A DNA stretch of 64,000 nt from Terrimicrobiaceae bacterium (GCA_018402345.1 JAGYIV010000012.1:309813-373812); one strand, 5' to 3'. Positions 39,471 to 49,637 are shown, counted from the stretch's first letter. The notes: generated by a model not told the origin, from the letters alone. Program-made: numbers and translations.

Positions 39471-40149
39471 GACTCTCCGCGCCAGCGAGCAAGACCGCCC
39501 CGACATCGCCCAGTCGCGTCAAAAATGGCAACGGCGGCAGGGTCGATTGGATCCAGCGCGCTTGGTCTTCCTCGACGAATCGGGCGCCAAGACGAACATG
39601 ACCAGGCTTTGGGGCCGAGCACCCCGTGGAGAACGGGTCCATGCCAGCGCTCCGGCTGGCCGCTGGCAAAGCACAACGATGATCTCCTCGATTCGCCTGG
39701 ATGGCAGCACCGCCTGCATGACCATCCCGGGAGCCACCGACACGGAAGTTTTCCGCTCCTATGTGCGGGATGTCCTCTGCCCGACGCTACGCCGGGGTGA
39801 CGTGGTCATCATGGACAACCTTGCCCCCCACAAAAGCGACCCCACTCTGCGCCTGATCTGAAAGGCTGGTGCCAAGGTTCTATTTCTGCCCGCCTATCGC
39901 CGGACCTGAACCCGATCGAAAAATTTGGAGCAAAGTCAAAGGGCTGCTACGCAGCGCGGAGGCTCGAACACCCGATGATCTTGTCAACGCCATTGGAAAT
40001 GCACTGTCCAAAGTCACAGCCAAAGACGCCCTCAATTGGTTCATATCATGCGGCTATAGTTTTAGTTGATTTGCTCTAATCGAATGAGGCCCGTAGACAT
40101 GTCACAAGCAGTATCAGGCTTCCTTCCGCCTTCCGCGACCATCCATTGA

Positions 40150-40188
40150 CCGTCAAAAAAATGGCCGATCGGCCAAAAAAGTTGCGGG
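40150..40188 (+). repeat. 39-bp conserved intergenic element, copy 2 (palindrome at 40162-40175)
   Basis: Identical to 34521-34559. It lies 57 nt upstream of the RND adaptor ATG and is preceded by TTGACC. Confidence 0.9.
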
Positions 40189-40245
40189 ATTTTGGAATGG
40201 GGGAATTGAGTCGCCCGTGGGCAGTGATTTTGGGATAAGGGAGTG

Positions 40246-41373
40246 ATGTTCAAAAAAATCCTTTTTACGGCGTTGGGCATTCTGCTGCTTGCCGGGGTGA
40301 TTGTGGGGATCAAGGTGCTGCAGATCCGGGCCATGATCGCGGCCGGGGCGGATGCTCCCAAGCCGGTTGAGACGGTCAGCACAGCGCTTGTGGAGACGGA
40401 CCGTTGGGTGCGGAGCATCGAGTCAGTCGGGTCTTTCCGTGCGGTTCAGGGGGCGGACCTCAGCACGGAGACCTCGGGAATCGTTTCGGGGATCCATTTT
40501 GAAAATGGTGCCGAGGTGAGGGAGGGGGATTTGTTGGTGGAACTGGATACCAGTGGAGAGGAGGCAACCTTGCGATCGGCAGTGGCGGAAGCGGATTTGG
40601 CGAGGACGGTTTATGAGAGGACAAAGATGCTCCGCGCCTCGAACGCGATGCCCCAATCCGACCTCGACGCCGCCGCGTCGCAACTCCGCAAGGTCAACGC
40701 GCTCGTCGAACAACTCCGGGCCACGATTTCAAAAAAACAGCTCCGCGCGCCATTCACTGGTCGGCTCGGTATTCGCGAGGTCAACCTGGGCCAGTTCATT
40801 CAAAACGGTGACAAGATTGTGTCCCTGCAGTCGCTCGACCCGATCTACATTGATTTCCTTCTTCCGCAGCAATTGATCTCCACCCTGGCCGCCGGGCAGA
40901 AAATCCTCGTGCGCACGGATGCTTATCCGGGCCGTGTGTTTGAGGGGGAGTTGACTGCAATCAACTCCGAGGTCGATCGTGTGACGCGCAATATCCGTCT
41001 CCAAGGAACGTTGCAAAACCCCGACGGATCGCTCCGCCCCGGTATGTTTGCACGCGTCGAGATTTTCGAGGGAGGTGAGGACGAGGTGCTTCGCATCCCG
41101 CTGACCGCTCTATTTCGCGCTCCCTATGGAGACTCGGTGTTTGTGGTTCTGGAAAAAACCGGGCCGGATGGCGCCAAGGAAACGGTGGTCGAGCAGAGGT
41201 TTATTCGAGCCGGACGCGCCGTTGGGGACTTTGTCTCGGTCGTGGAGGGGCTCAAGGAGGGCGACACAGTGGTGACAGCCGGGGCGTTCAAGTTGCGGAA
41301 TGGTTCCGCGGTGCGGGTGGACAACTCGCTCGCGCCCCAACCCACATTATCCCCGAGCCCTGAAAATTCGTGA
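40246..41373 (+). CDS. RND efflux periplasmic adaptor (MFP) subunit
   Basis: N-terminal TM/signal segment, HlyD-like lipoyl and coiled-coil pattern (EGDLLVELD...AEADLARTVYERTKML) and a beta-barrel C-terminus. GTG 40243 is an alternative start. Confidence 0.85.
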   Translation: MFKKILFTALGILLLAGVIVGIKVLQIRAMIAAGADAPKPVETVSTALVETDRWVRSIESVGSFRAVQGADLSTETSGIVSGIHFENGAEVREGDLLVELDTSGEEATLRSAVAEADLARTVYERTKMLRASNAMPQSDLDAAASQLRKVNALVEQLRATISKKQLRAPFTGRLGIREVNLGQFIQNGDKIVSLQSLDPIYIDFLLPQQLISTLAAGQKILVRTDAYPGRVFEGELTAINSEVDRVTRNIRLQGTLQNPDGSLRPGMFARVEIFEGGEDEVLRIPLTALFRAPYGDSVFVVLEKTGPDGAKETVVEQRFIRAGRAVGDFVSVVEGLKEGDTVVTAGAFKLRNGSAVRVDNSLAPQPTLSPSPENS

Positions 41374-44300
41374 TGAATCCTCTGGAATCACCTTCTGGAG
41401 GTGGGGGCTTCACCGACCTTTTCATTCGCCGCCCCGTGCTGGCGGTGGTTGTAGGGCTTTTGATCCTCGTGGCGGGCATCCAAGCGGTGTTCACGCTGAC
41501 AGTCCGACAATACCCACGCAGCGACAACGCCTCGGTGAAGATCACCACCGTCTATGTCGGAGCGAATGCCGATCTCGTGAGGGGATTTATCACCACCCCG
41601 ATCGAGCGTGCCATCGCGGCGGCGGACGGCATCGATTATGTGCAGTCCGAGAGCAAGCAGGGACTCTCGATGATCACCGCCCGGCTCAAGCTCAACTACG
41701 ATCCCACCAAAGCGCTTTCGGAAATCAGTGCGAAGGTGGACCAGGTGCGCGGCGACCTGCCTCCCGAAGCCGAGGTGCCGGTGATCGATATCGAGAGCGC
41801 CGACTCCCAGCGGGCGGCGGCCTACCTGCGCTTTGTCTCCACCATTCTCAAACCGAATGAAATCACCGACTACCTCACGCGGGTCGTTCAGCCGCGATTG
41901 ACCGCTGTGCCGGGCGTTCAGCGTGCCGAGATTCTGGGGGGGCGCACATTTGCCATGCGCATATGGCTCAAGCCCGACCGCATGGCGGCCTTGAACATCA
42001 GCCCTGCACAGGTGCGCCGCGCGCTGGCGGGAAATAACTACCTCTCCGCGGTCGGACAGACCAAAGGCTCGCTGGTCACGGTGAACCTCACGGCGAACAC
42101 CGACCTGGGCAGCGTCGAGGAGTTCGAACAACTCGTGCTGCGTGAGAGCGGCGGCGCGGTGGTGCGCCTCAAGGATATCGCTGATGTGGAACTCGGTGCC
42201 GAGAACTACGACTCCGCTGTGCGTTTCAGCGGCGAGCAGGCTGTGTTTATGGGCGTCTGGGTGCTGCCGAACGCCAATACGCTGGATGTGATCCACGGGG
42301 TGCGCGAGGAGTTGGAAAAAATCAAAGCTGAGCTCCCGCGGGCCTCGAGGCGGGGGTTGGCTACGATTCGACGGTTTATATCACCGACGCAATCCACGAG
42401 GTGCTGAAGACGCTCGCCGAGACGCTCCTTATCGTGGTGGTGGTAATTTTTCTTTTTCTCGGATCCCTTCGTGCGGTGCTGGTTCCCGTGCTGGCGATCC
42501 CACTGTCGATCCTCGGGGCGGTGTTTCTTATGCAGGTCGCGGGGTTTACTGTGAATCTTCTCACGCTCCTTGCGATCGTGCTTTGCGTGGGGTTGGTGGT
42601 GGATGACGCGATCGTGATTGTGGAGAATGTCGAGCGGCATCTGGCGGAAGGCATGAAGCCCCACGCCGCCGCGATTCTCGGGGCCCGCGAGTTGGTGGGG
42701 CCGGTGGTGTCGATGACCGTGACGCTGGCGGCGGTATATTTGCCGATCGGCCTGCAGGGTGGGCTCACCGGATCGCTCTTCCGCGAGTTCGCTTTCACGC
42801 TCGCCGGAGCGGTGTTTGTTTCCGGCATTGTGGCGTTGACCATTTCGCCTGCGATGAGCGCCGCGTTGCTGAAGCCCGGCATGGAAGAGCATGGGTTTGC
42901 TGGGGTGGTGGCGCGTGCATTTGCGCGGTTGCGGGATTTCTACGGGCGCATCCTCGACGTTGTTCTTGCCAACCGACCCGCCGCCTATGCTGTGTGGGTG
43001 GCGATCGTCGTGCTGAGCGTGCCGATGTTTCTGATGTCGCCCGGCGAACTCGCTCCCGACGAGGATCAGGGCGTCATTTTCGGTATCGTGGAGGCTCCCG
43101 CCGACGCCACGATCGACGAGACGGTCCGCTATGCAGACAAGGCCACGCAAATTTTCCTCGATACACCCGAGACCTCCTACACCTTTCAGCTCACCCAGCC
43201 GACCTTCGGGTTCGGCGGCATGGTGTTGAAGCCCTGGGGCGAGCGCACGCGCACGCCGAAACAGATTCAACCCGAAATCGCCGCGCAACTCTCCGGTCTT
43301 GCTGGCATTCGCATGTTTCCCGTCACCCCGCCTTCGCTGCCGGGGGGAGGGGATTTTCCGGTGGAATTCATCATCGCCTCGACCGCGGAGCCGGAACGGA
43401 TTCTCGAGATCGCCCGCGAGCTTCAGCAAAAGGCCACACGGAGCGGCATGTTCGCCTTTCCCCCGATCATCGACACCAAGATCGACCAGCCCGAGACCGA
43501 GATCGTGCTGGACCGCGACAAGGTGGCTTCCTTGGGGCTCGACCTCCGCCAGATCGGCGAGGATCTCTCTGCCATGCTCGGCGGGAATTTTGTGAATCGT
43601 TTCAATATCGAAGGCCGCAGCTACAAGGTAATCCCGCAAATCCAACGCTCCGACCGCCTCAACCCCGACCAGTTGCAGAAAATCTATGTCACCGGTCCCG
43701 AGGGACGCCTCATGCCTTTGGGGGCTGTCGCCACTCTCAAGACGACCGCCCAGCCGCGCTCGCTGAACCGCTTCCAGCAATTGAACGCAGTCAAACTCAG
43801 CGGCGTCGCGATCCGTCCGCTCGACCAGACGCTCCGGTTCCTCGAGGACGAGGCCGCGAAAATCATGCCTCCGGGTTACGTGATCGACTACACAGGCGAG
43901 TCCCGCCAGTTGCGCACCGAGGGCAGCAAATTCCTCCCCTCGTTGGCCATCGCGCTCATGCTCATTTTTCTGGTCCTCGCCGCGCAGTTCAACAGCTTCC
44001 GTGATCCCTTCATCATTCTCCTCGGATCCGTCCCGCTCGCGATGTTCGGTGCATTGGTTTTCACCTTCCTGAAAATGCCCTCGCCGAATCTTCCCTTCTG
44101 GACGAATGGCTGGACGACCACGCTCAATATCTACTCGCAAGTCGGCTTGGTCACACTTGTCGGCCTCATCGCCAAAAACGGCATCCTGATCGTGGAATTC
44201 GCCAATCGACGCCAACTCGAAGGGCTCGATAAACTTGCCGCCGTGCGCGATGCCGCGCGGGTGCGTCTACGGCCCGTGCTCATGACGACCCTCGCAACCG

Positions 44301-44461
44301 TCGTGGGCCACTTCCCCCTCGTGCTCGTCACCGGTGCGGGTGCCGCCGCCAGAAATTCGATCGGCCTCGTCCTCGTTGGCGGCATGGCCATCGGCACCAT
44401 TTTCACCCTCTTCCTCGTTCCCGCTCTTTACATGCTTCTGGCCAAGGAAAAGGTTCGTTGA
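41373..44461 (+). pseudogene. RND efflux permease (AcrB/HAE1-type), split by one frame change near 42338
   Basis: ORF 41370-42407 encodes FIRRPVLAVVVGLLILVAG...VREELEKIKAELP. ORF 42401-44461 continues, and upstream in its frame it reads AGLEAGVGYDSTVYITDAIHEVLKTLAE. Together they give about 1030 aa and 12 TM helices. The ATG overlaps the MFP stop. Confidence 0.9.
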
Positions 44462-44552
44462 TGTGGGCGGCTTTGCCGCGTCCACGGGACGACTCGGGGA
44501 TCCATCCCCACCCTCGAATTACGATGAGCGCTTCCGCGAAGGGTGATGATGG

Positions 44553-44573
44553 AAGCTGCGCCACACGCAGCTT
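44553..44573. terminator. Possible bidirectional hairpin between convergent genes
   Basis: AAGCTGCG-CCACA-CGCAGCTT is a perfect 8-bp stem lying between the RND stop (44461) and the thioesterase stop (44589). No U-tract follows on either strand. Confidence 0.25.
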
Positions 44574-44588
44574 GCGGCACTGAAAACT

Positions 44589-45011
44589 TCAACCTGAAAC
44601 CTGAAAACTCTCTGCGGCAAGCAGAGTGCGGTATTGATCGGGGATCGGGGCGGGAGTTCCAGTGGCGGGGGTCAGATGGCACTGGGTGAGGGTGCCGGAG
44701 AAGGCTGGAGATTGGTTGAGGGGCTTGATGGCCTCGAAGCGCCATGTGAGCGAAGTGGTGCCGATTTTTTCAGGGTTGAGATGGAGGTGGACCGTGTCAC
44801 CGAAGCGGAGAGGGGCGGCGAAATCGATGTGGAGCGAGACGATCGGCCAAGCGGTGGTGGCATCGTGAACGGGGATGTCGCGGGATTGGAAGAGGCGGTG
44901 AATGGCTTCCTCGACGATTACAGCCAAGCGGGAGAAGTGGGCGACTCCGGCGGCATCGGTGTCGGCAAAGGTGATGCGGCGTTCGAGCGGGGTGAATGGC
45001 AGATCGGGCAT
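44589..45011 (-). CDS. Hotdog-fold acyl-CoA thioesterase (4HBT/YbgC type)
   Basis: Trimmed to ATG 45011 (MPDLPFTPLERRITFADTDAAGVAHFSR). 140 aa. Divergent from menF. Confidence 0.75.
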   Translation of the reverse strand: MPDLPFTPLERRITFADTDAAGVAHFSRLAVIVEEAIHRLFQSRDIPVHDATTAWPIVSLHIDFAAPLRFGDTVHLHLNPEKIGTTSLTWRFEAIKPLNQSPAFSGTLTQCHLTPATGTPAPIPDQYRTLLAAESFQVSG

Positions 45012-45105
45012 GGGGTGGTTAAACCATTCGATCGCGGGAATGAAAAGGAAACGGTGGCAGGCGCGGTCTGGCATTCGTATCAGGTGCTGTATAGTTTCAG
45101 ATTCC

Positions 45106-46431
45106 ATGCATGTGAATTTCCCTGATGCCCTGCGCCTCGGAGCGCTCCATGATCTGTCGGCCCTCGCCGGGCGGGAACGGTTGTCGTTTTCCGAGGTGCG
45201 GCGGTTGGAGTGGGAGATCGAGGGAGGGGCTGCGTTCACGCCCGCATGGCTTGAGGCCTGTCCAGTGTATCCCCGCATGTTTTGGCGTTCCCGCTCTGGC
45301 GCATCGCAGACGCTCGCCGCGGGCGTGGCGGCATCCGGTCCGCTCGAGATGCTTCTCGAAATGCTGAAGACCGCCGACCCCGGTGTGCGGGTGTTCGGAG
45401 GCCAGCGGTTTGATTCGGGATTCGTTCCGGGTGCCGAGTGGAGTCGGTTTCCCTCTGCGTATTATTTCATTCCCAAGGCTGAAATCATCCATTCCGGCGG
45501 ACGGGCCCGATTGGCGGTGAATCTGGTGCCCGGCGAGTTGGATTTGGACTCGATCTCCGAGTGGATCGCCTCGATTGGCGGTGATTCGGTTCCGCCGCGC
45601 CGGAGCGTGCTGATGCGCTGGGACCTGCCGAATTTTGACGGCTGGGCGGCCACGGTGGATGCCTCGCTTGGGGCCTTTGCCTCTGGGGTGTTGCGCAAGG
45701 TCGTGCTTGCGAGGAAATCGTGTTTGGAACTCAACGAGCCTCTTGGCCCGTTTGCCCTCGCCTCGGTGATCATGGGATCCTCTCCCGCGTGTTTTCACTT
45801 TTGCATCCAACCTGCTGCCGATTCCGGGGCGTTTTTGGGAGCGAGTCCGGAGTTGCTTTATCGCCGGATCGGCGAGCGCTTGGAAAGCGAGGCTGTTGCC
45901 GGGACGCGTCCACGCAGTCTCGATGCGGTCGAGGACGCACGTCTCGAAGCGCAGTTGCTTCAGATGTCCAAGGAGCGGCTTGAGCACCGGTTGGTGGTGG
46001 ATTCGCTCGAGGGGACGTTTGAAAAACTGTGTCCGCTGTTTTCCAGTGATGACGAACCGGGGGTTTTGAAACTCTCTCGTGTCCAGCATTTGCGCACGGC
46101 GTTTCAAGGCACGCTCCATGAGGGGATCGATGATGCCGCGATTTTAAAAGCGTTTCATCCGACCCCAGCCACGTGTGGCAGTCCGACAAAGGCGGCATTC
46201 GAATTTCTTGCAAGTCACGAGGGCTTCGATCGGGGGTGGTATGCGGGTCCGGTCGGATTTGTTTCGCAGGACGAGGCGGAGTTCGCCGTCGCGATTCGCT
46301 CGATCCACTGGCGGGGAAGGCAACTCGACGTCTTCGCTGGGGCGGGGATTGTCGAGGGGTCCGATGCCGAGCGCGAGTGGATGGAGCTTGAGGACAAAAT
46401 CTCCGGCGTGTTGCACTTGCTTTCTCCATGA
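45106..46431 (+). CDS. menF: Isochorismate synthase
   Basis: Trimmed to ATG 45106 (MHVNFPD). Chorismate-binding motifs FHPTPATCGSP, RGWYAGPVG and AGAGIVEGSDAEREW. Confidence 0.85.
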   Translation: MHVNFPDALRLGALHDLSALAGRERLSFSEVRRLEWEIEGGAAFTPAWLEACPVYPRMFWRSRSGASQTLAAGVAASGPLEMLLEMLKTADPGVRVFGGQRFDSGFVPGAEWSRFPSAYYFIPKAEIIHSGGRARLAVNLVPGELDLDSISEWIASIGGDSVPPRRSVLMRWDLPNFDGWAATVDASLGAFASGVLRKVVLARKSCLELNEPLGPFALASVIMGSSPACFHFCIQPAADSGAFLGASPELLYRRIGERLESEAVAGTRPRSLDAVEDARLEAQLLQMSKERLEHRLVVDSLEGTFEKLCPLFSSDDEPGVLKLSRVQHLRTAFQGTLHEGIDDAAILKAFHPTPATCGSPTKAAFEFLASHEGFDRGWYAGPVGFVSQDEAEFAVAIRSIHWRGRQLDVFAGAGIVEGSDAEREWMELEDKISGVLHLLSP

Positions 46432-48111
46432 CCGGGGTTTCGACGAATCGTTCTTGGGGGCGGGCCGTGGTGCGGATTTTGCAGGGGTGCGGCATAGATC
46501 GTGTGTTTATGAGCCCCGGGGCGCGTTCCACGCCCGTGGTGGCGGCGCTTGCCGAGTCCGGTATCGAGTGTGTGGCTCACTACGACGAGCGGGGCATGTC
46601 CTTCGCTGCGCTTGGGTGCGCGTTGGCCAGCGGCAAACCCGCTGTGTGTCTTACGACGAGTGGGTCCGCGGTGGCGAATCTTCTGCCTGCCTGTGTCGAG
46701 GCCTCGCAATCCCATGTGCGGCTGGTTTTTCTCACAGCCGATCGGCCGGCGGGATTGCGTGGCACGGGGGCGAACCAGACGATCATGCAACCCGGCATCT
46801 TCGGCGGCTATGTGCGCTTCGCGGCAGATTTGCCATGTCCTGAGGATACCGATCGTTTCGATGACTTGGCCGGGCCGTTAAGGGAGGCGCTTTGCGTGGC
46901 GATGGGCCCTCATCCTGGGCCGGTGCATGTGAATCTTCAATTTCGCGAGCCGTTGCTCGGCGGGGAAGATGTGGACTTGTGTGTTGGATTACAGGAATCG
47001 CCGCACCCCGCCCCCGTGACTGTTCAACTGCCCGTTGATTGGCCTCGATTTTCCTCCGCGCGGCGAGGTGTTGTCGTGATCGGGCGGCTTGATGTCGCCA
47101 GCCAGCGAGAGGCCGCTTCCGCGGTGGCGTTGGGAAAGTTGCTCGGTTGGCCGGTGATTGGGGATGCATTGTCCGGCGCGCGCCACTTGCCGGGAGTCGT
47201 TCGCCATGCCGATTGGCTTCTGCGGCTGGGTGACGTTCCCATGCCCGAGCGCGTTCTGCATTTTGGCGGGAGCCTTGTTTCCAAGCGCCTCGGGGAGTGG
47301 ATCTCGGCCTCTTGCGGTGGGGCGGACTGGCTGCAGGTGCTGCCAACGGGTGATCGCTGGGATCCGTGGGCGAGTGTGCCATCAGTCGTCTCCGCGCGGA
47401 TCGGCCCGTTTTGCGAGGCGGCAAGCGAGGCGGTCATGGCATCCGGCGATCGATCCTGGGGTGAGGTCGTGGGAGCGGGCCGATGCCGAGGTGGGCGGTT
47501 TTTTGGAGAGTGCTCTCGGCATGGGTGAATTAAACGAGCCTGTGATCGCGCGAATTGTTGGGAAACATGCCGAGGTGGTTTTTTTGGGAAACTCGATGCC
47601 GGTGCGCGATTTTGATGCCAGTGATCGCGTTGAGCGTCTTGGCGGACGGTTGGTTTTCGGGAATCGCGGAGCGAGCGGGATCGACGGCAATGTCGGGTCA
47701 ATCGCCGGAGTGGCTCGCGGATGCGGGCGTCCGGTGGTGGCATTGCTTGGCGATTTGGCGGTGTTGCATGATCTGAATTCCCTTCTGCTTCTGCGCGGGT
47801 TGCCGGTGACGCTGGTGGTGGTGAACAACGACGGTGGAGGAATTTTCCGGTTTCTGCCGTTGCCTGTTCCCGAGGCTGAACGCGAGCGCTTGTGGGAAAC
47901 GCCCCACGGGATGGACTTCGTGCATGCCGCCGCACAGTTCGGGATTCCATACTTTCGGATCGAGAGTGTTCGTGAGCTGGAGGAATGCCTGAAGTCTCCT
48001 TGCGATGGCCCAAGGATGCTGGAATGCCGGACCGATCGCGCGGCGAATCATGTGTTGCATCGCGATCTTGCGGCGGGAATAACAGGCTTAGCGATCAATT
48101 GGAGTCTATGA
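46428..48111 (+). pseudogene. menD: SEPHCHC synthase (ThDP-dependent), split by one frame change near 47468
   Basis: ORF 46428-47528 carries the N-terminal ThDP-pyrimidine domain (GIDRVFMSPGARSTP, TSGSAVANLLPA, LTADRP). ORF 47158-48111 carries LGNSMPVRD, GASGIDG, LGDLAVLHDLNSL and VVNNDGGGIF. ATGA overlaps with menF and menH. Confidence 0.85.
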
Positions 48112-48911
48112 CATTCCACATTCATGGTGATGCATCGCAGCGGGTGTTGATTTGCCTTCACGGGTTCATGGGTGATAGCGGCGATTGGGATGGATTTGCG
48201 GATGCCTTCTCCTCGCGCATGCCCGGTTGGCAGGTGGTGGCACCCACGCTGCCCGGCCATGACGCGGCGAGTCACGATGAGTGGGATGTTTTCGGCGCTA
48301 TTGGTCGCTGGATGGATTCCCGGGGTTTGGCACAAGCGGTGATCGCCGGGTATTCGCTCGGAGGGCGGCTCGGGTTGCGGTTGGCGTTGGATGATCCGCA
48401 GCGTTTTCCGGTGTTTGTCGGGATTTCCACCACGGCGGGGATTGGTGGTGCCATTGAGCGTGATGCTCGCCGGGTGGCTGATCACGGGCTTGCCGAGCGT
48501 CTGCGTTCCTGCGCCGACCGGGAGTCTTTCCAAGCGTTTCTTGAGGAATGGTGGGCTCAGCCTGTTTTTTCGTCACCGTATCCCCGCGAGTCGCAGCGCC
48601 AGGCGTTTCTGGAATCCCGCCTCAACAAATCGTCCGTCAGGCTCGCCGAGGCGTTGGAGCGTTTGAGTCCCGGTGTGTTGCCTTCCGAGTGGGAGCGGCT
48701 GGCGGCATATCCTGGCAAGGTGCTCCTGTTGAGTGGCGAGGCAGACGCCAAGTTCACCCTCATCTCCAACCGCATGCAGGAGTTGTTCCGCGATGCGCAG
48801 GCGCACCAATTGATCGCTGCAGGACATCAGTTGCTGGTCGAGCGTCCAGCCGAGGTCGCTGCGATCGTGGCTGAGTTTTTATACGAAGAACAACCGCAGG
48901 CAGCCCAGTAG
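48108..48911 (+). CDS. menH: SHCHC synthase (alpha/beta hydrolase)
   Basis: Trimmed to ATG 48108 (MTFHIHG). LHGFMGD and nucleophile elbow GYSLGGR. Its position after menD supports the call. Confidence 0.75.
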   Translation: MTFHIHGDASQRVLICLHGFMGDSGDWDGFADAFSSRMPGWQVVAPTLPGHDAASHDEWDVFGAIGRWMDSRGLAQAVIAGYSLGGRLGLRLALDDPQRFPVFVGISTTAGIGGAIERDARRVADHGLAERLRSCADRESFQAFLEEWWAQPVFSSPYPRESQRQAFLESRLNKSSVRLAEALERLSPGVLPSEWERLAAYPGKVLLLSGEADAKFTLISNRMQELFRDAQAHQLIAAGHQLLVERPAEVAAIVAEFLYEEQPQAAQ

Positions 48912-49628
48912 CGAAAGGATGATCAGAAGCCACTCGAAGACCTGCTGATTGATTTTTCCGAGCACAACCCTGCCCGCCAAAATGCCCGCTACGATGGCTG
49001 GGATGAGGGTCGCGTTGAAGGCGAGGGTGGCCGGCGTGATGAGGCCCAGCGACGCACTGAAGGGGACTTTGAAGACATTTACGATGAAAAAGAACCATGC
49101 TGCGGTTCCGACGAACTCGTATTTCGGGAGGCGGCAGGCGAGAAGGTAGACGGTGACCACCGCGCCAGCGGCATTGGCCAGCATGGTGGTGATGCCCGCC
49201 GTGATGCCCAGCGGCCATGCGATGGCAGGATGATCACCCGCGATGCGTTGGAGGCGGTTCGAGAGTTTTTGAGCGACGCTCAACAAGAGAAGACCGATGA
49301 GGAGAACCGCGATGATTTTGGAAAATAGGCCGAGGGGAATCATGGGCATGATCAACCAACCCACGACAATCCCCGCGAGGGCCGGCGGCAGGAGCTTTAG
49401 TAAGAGACGCCAGACGGTGAACTTGTTGAACGTCGCCACGGCGATGACATCCGCCACGATCAACATGGGCAGGATGACTCCTGTGGATTCGCGGACGGGA
49501 AAGACGTTCGCCATGAGAAGGATTCCGAGCACGGCCATGGCCCCGAACCCCGCCTTGCTCATGCCGAGGCAAACGGCGGCGAGGGCGGCAAAGAGCCACT
49601 GGACTGCTGAGTAGTCGCCCCAGATCAC
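48879..49628 (-). CDS. TauE/SafE (DUF81) family anion exporter
   Basis: 249-aa ORF with a GTG start and about 8 TM helices with the internal duplication typical of TauE. Its 3' end overlaps the menH 3' end by 33 nt (convergent). Confidence 0.75.
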   Translation of the reverse strand: MIWGDYSAVQWLFAALAAVCLGMSKAGFGAMAVLGILLMANVFPVRESTGVILPMLIVADVIAVATFNKFTVWRLLLKLLPPALAGIVVGWLIMPMIPLGLFSKIIAVLLIGLLLLSVAQKLSNRLQRIAGDHPAIAWPLGITAGITTMLANAAGAVVTVYLLACRLPKYEFVGTAAWFFFIVNVFKVPFSASLGLITPATLAFNATLIPAIVAGILAGRVVLGKINQQVFEWLLIILSLLGCLRLFFV

Positions 49629-49637
49629 GCGCTTGGA

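Larger units (their letters stand above)
37944..40069 (+). pseudogene. Outer IS630-family transposase (interrupted, in-frame TGA, extra frame changes)
   Basis: Parts: MDLRERILEAYEEGDATRDQVARRF...GDIRA, then the 1205-bp insertion, then HLAGRKPMILLEH...MTLKK (A8 tract), then KTLRASEQDRPD...LVFLDESG...VIMDNLAPHK. TGA at 39859-39861. The SPDLNPIEK segment is out of frame on both sides. Confidence 0.75.
37866..40076 (+). mobile_element. IS630-family element (outer, decayed, about 1006 bp of its own sequence) interrupted by a second IS
   Basis: Flanked by TA at 37864-37865 and 40077-40078. Imperfect terminal inverted repeats, 20 of 27 matches including the flanking TA (TAGAGCGCTTCAATAAATAGTATAGCC vs the reverse complement of 40052-40078). 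Confidence 0.7.

Noticed and set aside
39859-39861. In-frame TGA in the outer IS630 transposase as possible recoding (selenocysteine or readthrough)
   Set aside because: It replaces a conserved Glu in the LIE(K/A)AGA motif of a copy that is already interrupted and frameshifted. Simple decay is sufficient.
34521-40188. Genomic island bounded by the two 39-bp direct repeats and containing tRNA-Ser and IS elements
   Set aside because: The repeats do not overlap the tRNA 3' end, and no integrase or excisionase is present. The enclosed genes (kamA, binding protein, glyoxalase) look like ordinary chromosome. The repeats are better explained as upstream regulatory or dispersed elements.
42206-44215. 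669-aa minus-strand ORF
   Set aside because: It is antisense to the RND permease. It has no recognisable motifs and a biased R/G/H/E composition.
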